From NCBI GenBank assembly GCA_965113315.1, contig OZ220372.1: a stretch of 64,000 bases of DNA; one strand, written 5' to 3'. How positions within the stretch are numbered: the first letter of the stretch is position 1; each line of letters opens with the position of its first letter. Below the pieces are notes generated by a model. The model was not told the origin of the DNA. It searched no databases and worked only from the letters and a program-made list of their open reading frames with translations. Source of the DNA: Podarcis vaucheri (lineage: Eukaryota). A program made the position numbers and the translations under genes. Shown piece after piece: positions 61,219 through 64,000 of the stretch.

Positions 61219-64000
61219 ATCCGACCTCAATCTGGATTTAAGGACCCTGCTTGTATTTTGATTTGACTTCTTTGTACTCAGTACCCAAACATAACCAGAC
61301 ACATTTTAAGGCCATAAATATGTCAGAGCTGATTTCCTGGTTTCTTTATATATAATTTTATTTGAGCACACAATTATTACTTCAGATTTATTTTAAAATA
61401 TCCTTTGGTTTTTTTAACAGCACTTTTAAGTTTTTGCTCTCTTGTGCCCTGATTTTTTTTTTAAAAATAGCCCAATATTCCATTAAGTAATTGATAAAAA
61501 TTAATAAAAAGTGCTTGCTTATCTGAAACTCCAAAGCAGGTGAGAGGCAAAGAGGACTGAAGTTAATTAATGGAACAATAGGACTCTTATGCAACCAGAG
61601 AATTCTATTGAAACAAGCTTCTACCCTTGGTGGTTCCTGTCTTTGTGATTGAGTTTATGAAAACAGATACCCAGTTTCTACAAAAGCATTTTTAAAAGAA
61701 AGCAAGAATAATTCTAAAATGCTGTTTTTGAAGTGCTAATCACTCCTTTTGATATAAGAATAATCACCACAGTTTTTACAAACAACACAGAGAAATAGAA
61801 ATTAAGTCAACATAACTGAGCCAAATTCAAAGTTGACTGCACATGAAAGGGTGTGTCACAGTCACACTGCAGTAATTTGCATTCAAATCAAGGATCAAAT
61901 TATCATTTGCCATTGGCAGCAGAGGAGAATAATCCATGTTCCTGATCTATACTACTAATAACAACAACATACAAGCTGGCTGGATCTGGCCATCTAGTCC
62001 ACGATTCTGTTCTCACAGATCATGCTGCCAGATAATTGTCAGTGAACTGATTGTGTACATCTCTTTGAAAAATTTCAGGCATTTTCCTGGGATGTATTTT
62101 TTTAAAAATCTCAACATAATTCTTTGTTCTTTCAAAGGAATCCTATCTGAGTAGACGGCCTTTAAAATAAGCCAATCACTTTAAAGTTAGAATTAGTAGA
62201 ACAAGCAAGTGACCTTTTGCAATATTAGAAGGTTAGTTGAAAAATGGTCTTGAAATCCTGCTTTATCTCTGTGAAGCTTAAAGAAAGGCACACAATTACA
62301 ACTTGTGGGGTTAACATTTTCATCAAGGAAAATCAGAGCAATGCAAAGGACAGTGTACAGAGGGATGAACTTTTGAGTGCTGAACTTGTAAAATTAACCC
62401 CATGTCGAGTATGGAATTCTTGGAACTGAAACTGAGATGCCTTTATATATAAGACATAGTTTACATTATCTCAGAATAGAGGTAATTTTTTACTTTAGAA
62501 ACACTTAAAAAAATCTTGTTCTGCTTGTAGACTCTAAACGATTTGCCTTAGTGCTTACTTTATTGTAGCCATTTCCATTGTCCTTAATATAGTTACTTTT
62601 GCATTTTAAATCTGGATTTCTAGTTGTCCAGTTACTAATGTACTGAAGTAATTACTACAAGCAAAATACATAGTACTGTCAGGAGAGTAATTCTGACTTT
62701 GGAATTCCTGGTCACGACTGGAATTTATCTCGCAGCTGGATTTTGACTTAGTTGGCAAATTTATGAGCATCTCACAGTGGGTAAAACAAAGTTACAATGC
62801 CACTTTGCTCTTCGGGCTCTCTGGGTTTCCATTAGTCTGATGTGCTATCTTGTTAATTCAGCCTTGCTAATCTAATGGAAGTATAATAAGCAGAAGTAAT
62901 AGGAAGTACAGTAGAGAGTGCTGCAACTTCATTAGAAAGGAAATATGACAGAACATATTTGCAAATGGATTTTAATCCAAAAGCAGGAGAAGCATCTGTC
63001 TAAGGCTTCAATCTTATACGCACAGACATTGGATTAAAACCACAGCAGGACATCCTTCTTAATAGAAACGTATAAGATTGTGTCGCTTGGCAGATAATCC
63101 CTTGCTGTGTGCCAGATCACAGTAACATGCCATGAAAGAGGGCTTGGAAACTTCAGGTTTGGGGTCCAAATGTTGAACTTTCTTTAGGCTAGAGCCTCCT
63201 CGTCAGCTACACCTTCTCTCCTCAGGCCAAACCCTGCACTAGCATGGATGTAGTCCTGTGGGATTGTGAGCAGGGATTGGGTGGGGATAATCAACACCTT
63301 ACTTTTTGGGGAGGCAGGTTCCAGCTAGATCACTACGTCATCCTATGAGCTATTCAGCATGAAATTGGAATGTGTTAGTCTTCTCACTTAAATTCTCATG
63401 TGTGGATAAGTCTTCTCACTTAACCAAAATGTTTCCTTTTGCTTTTGTGCTGATTGGAGCCAATTAGAGCCAAAGGATAGCAGTAAACATGGGGAGAAGG
63501 GTGTGTGGGAGGGACACGAGGCTGCATGCATGCTAATGGAGTTCATTGTTCTTCGTTTCTCAAGGCAACTCCAAACAAAGAGACTGAGAACTATTTTTTT
63601 TATTGTAGAATCCTAGAAGGTTGCATAATCTTAGAAGAGGGTGTGAATGTGAGGTCTTGGTGTGATGAAGGGACTCTGCCTTTCTGAATTTGCTTACTGG
63701 TCCTACTTTGTAACCTCCTTGAATGTTTTTGCCTAGTTGAAATGTGTTATTGATCTATGGTAATGCCTTTTATTTGCTTGCTTGCTTGCTTGCTTGCATG
63801 CATGGAGGAAGGGGAAAGGATGTATCTGTTTGTAAACATTGCCTGCTGTACACTTTTGCCTCTTGCCACAGGCTTGTGGACCCTATAACATTTCCCAGAA
63901 GCGTATGTGGCCCTCATTCCGAAAAGGCTCTCCATAAAAGGAGAGCAAATGTTCCCCAAGTTAAAAACAGCCACCACCACCTGTAAATCCAACTTCCTCC

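Overview
This is eukaryotic, almost entirely non-coding DNA from a squamate reptile. The Sauria-SINE type suggests a lacertid lizard (inference). No intact protein-coding gene is supported, and nearly all ORFs in the track are chance or repeat-derived. The centre (~33.4-34.3 kb) is a CpG-island promoter with inverted CCAAT boxes, a GC box, G4- and Z-DNA-prone tracts, and a probable non-coding first exon on + (donor at 34048/34049). The sequence downstream looks like a long first intron. I could not identify the gene. The rest is intergenic or intronic DNA rich in transposons: three Sauria SINEs, other tRNA-derived SINEs, L2 and CR1 fragments, a 245-bp solo LTR with a perfect 5-bp TSD, several Tc1/pogo MITEs (TA TSD), hAT MITEs (8-bp TSD), a decayed Tigger/pogo transposase, microsatellites and a 139-N gap. 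The best second-look items are: (1) an 85-bp Penelope-like insertion with a 14-bp TSD that carries a truncated minimal hammerhead ribozyme; (2) the Tigger fossil, which keeps all three catalytic aspartate motifs but abuts half of a younger-looking MITE; (3) twin near-perfect hairpins at 60.56-60.67 kb; (4) the promoter architecture. I do not see convincing evidence of a wholly new biological system. Family names come from recall, not from a database search.
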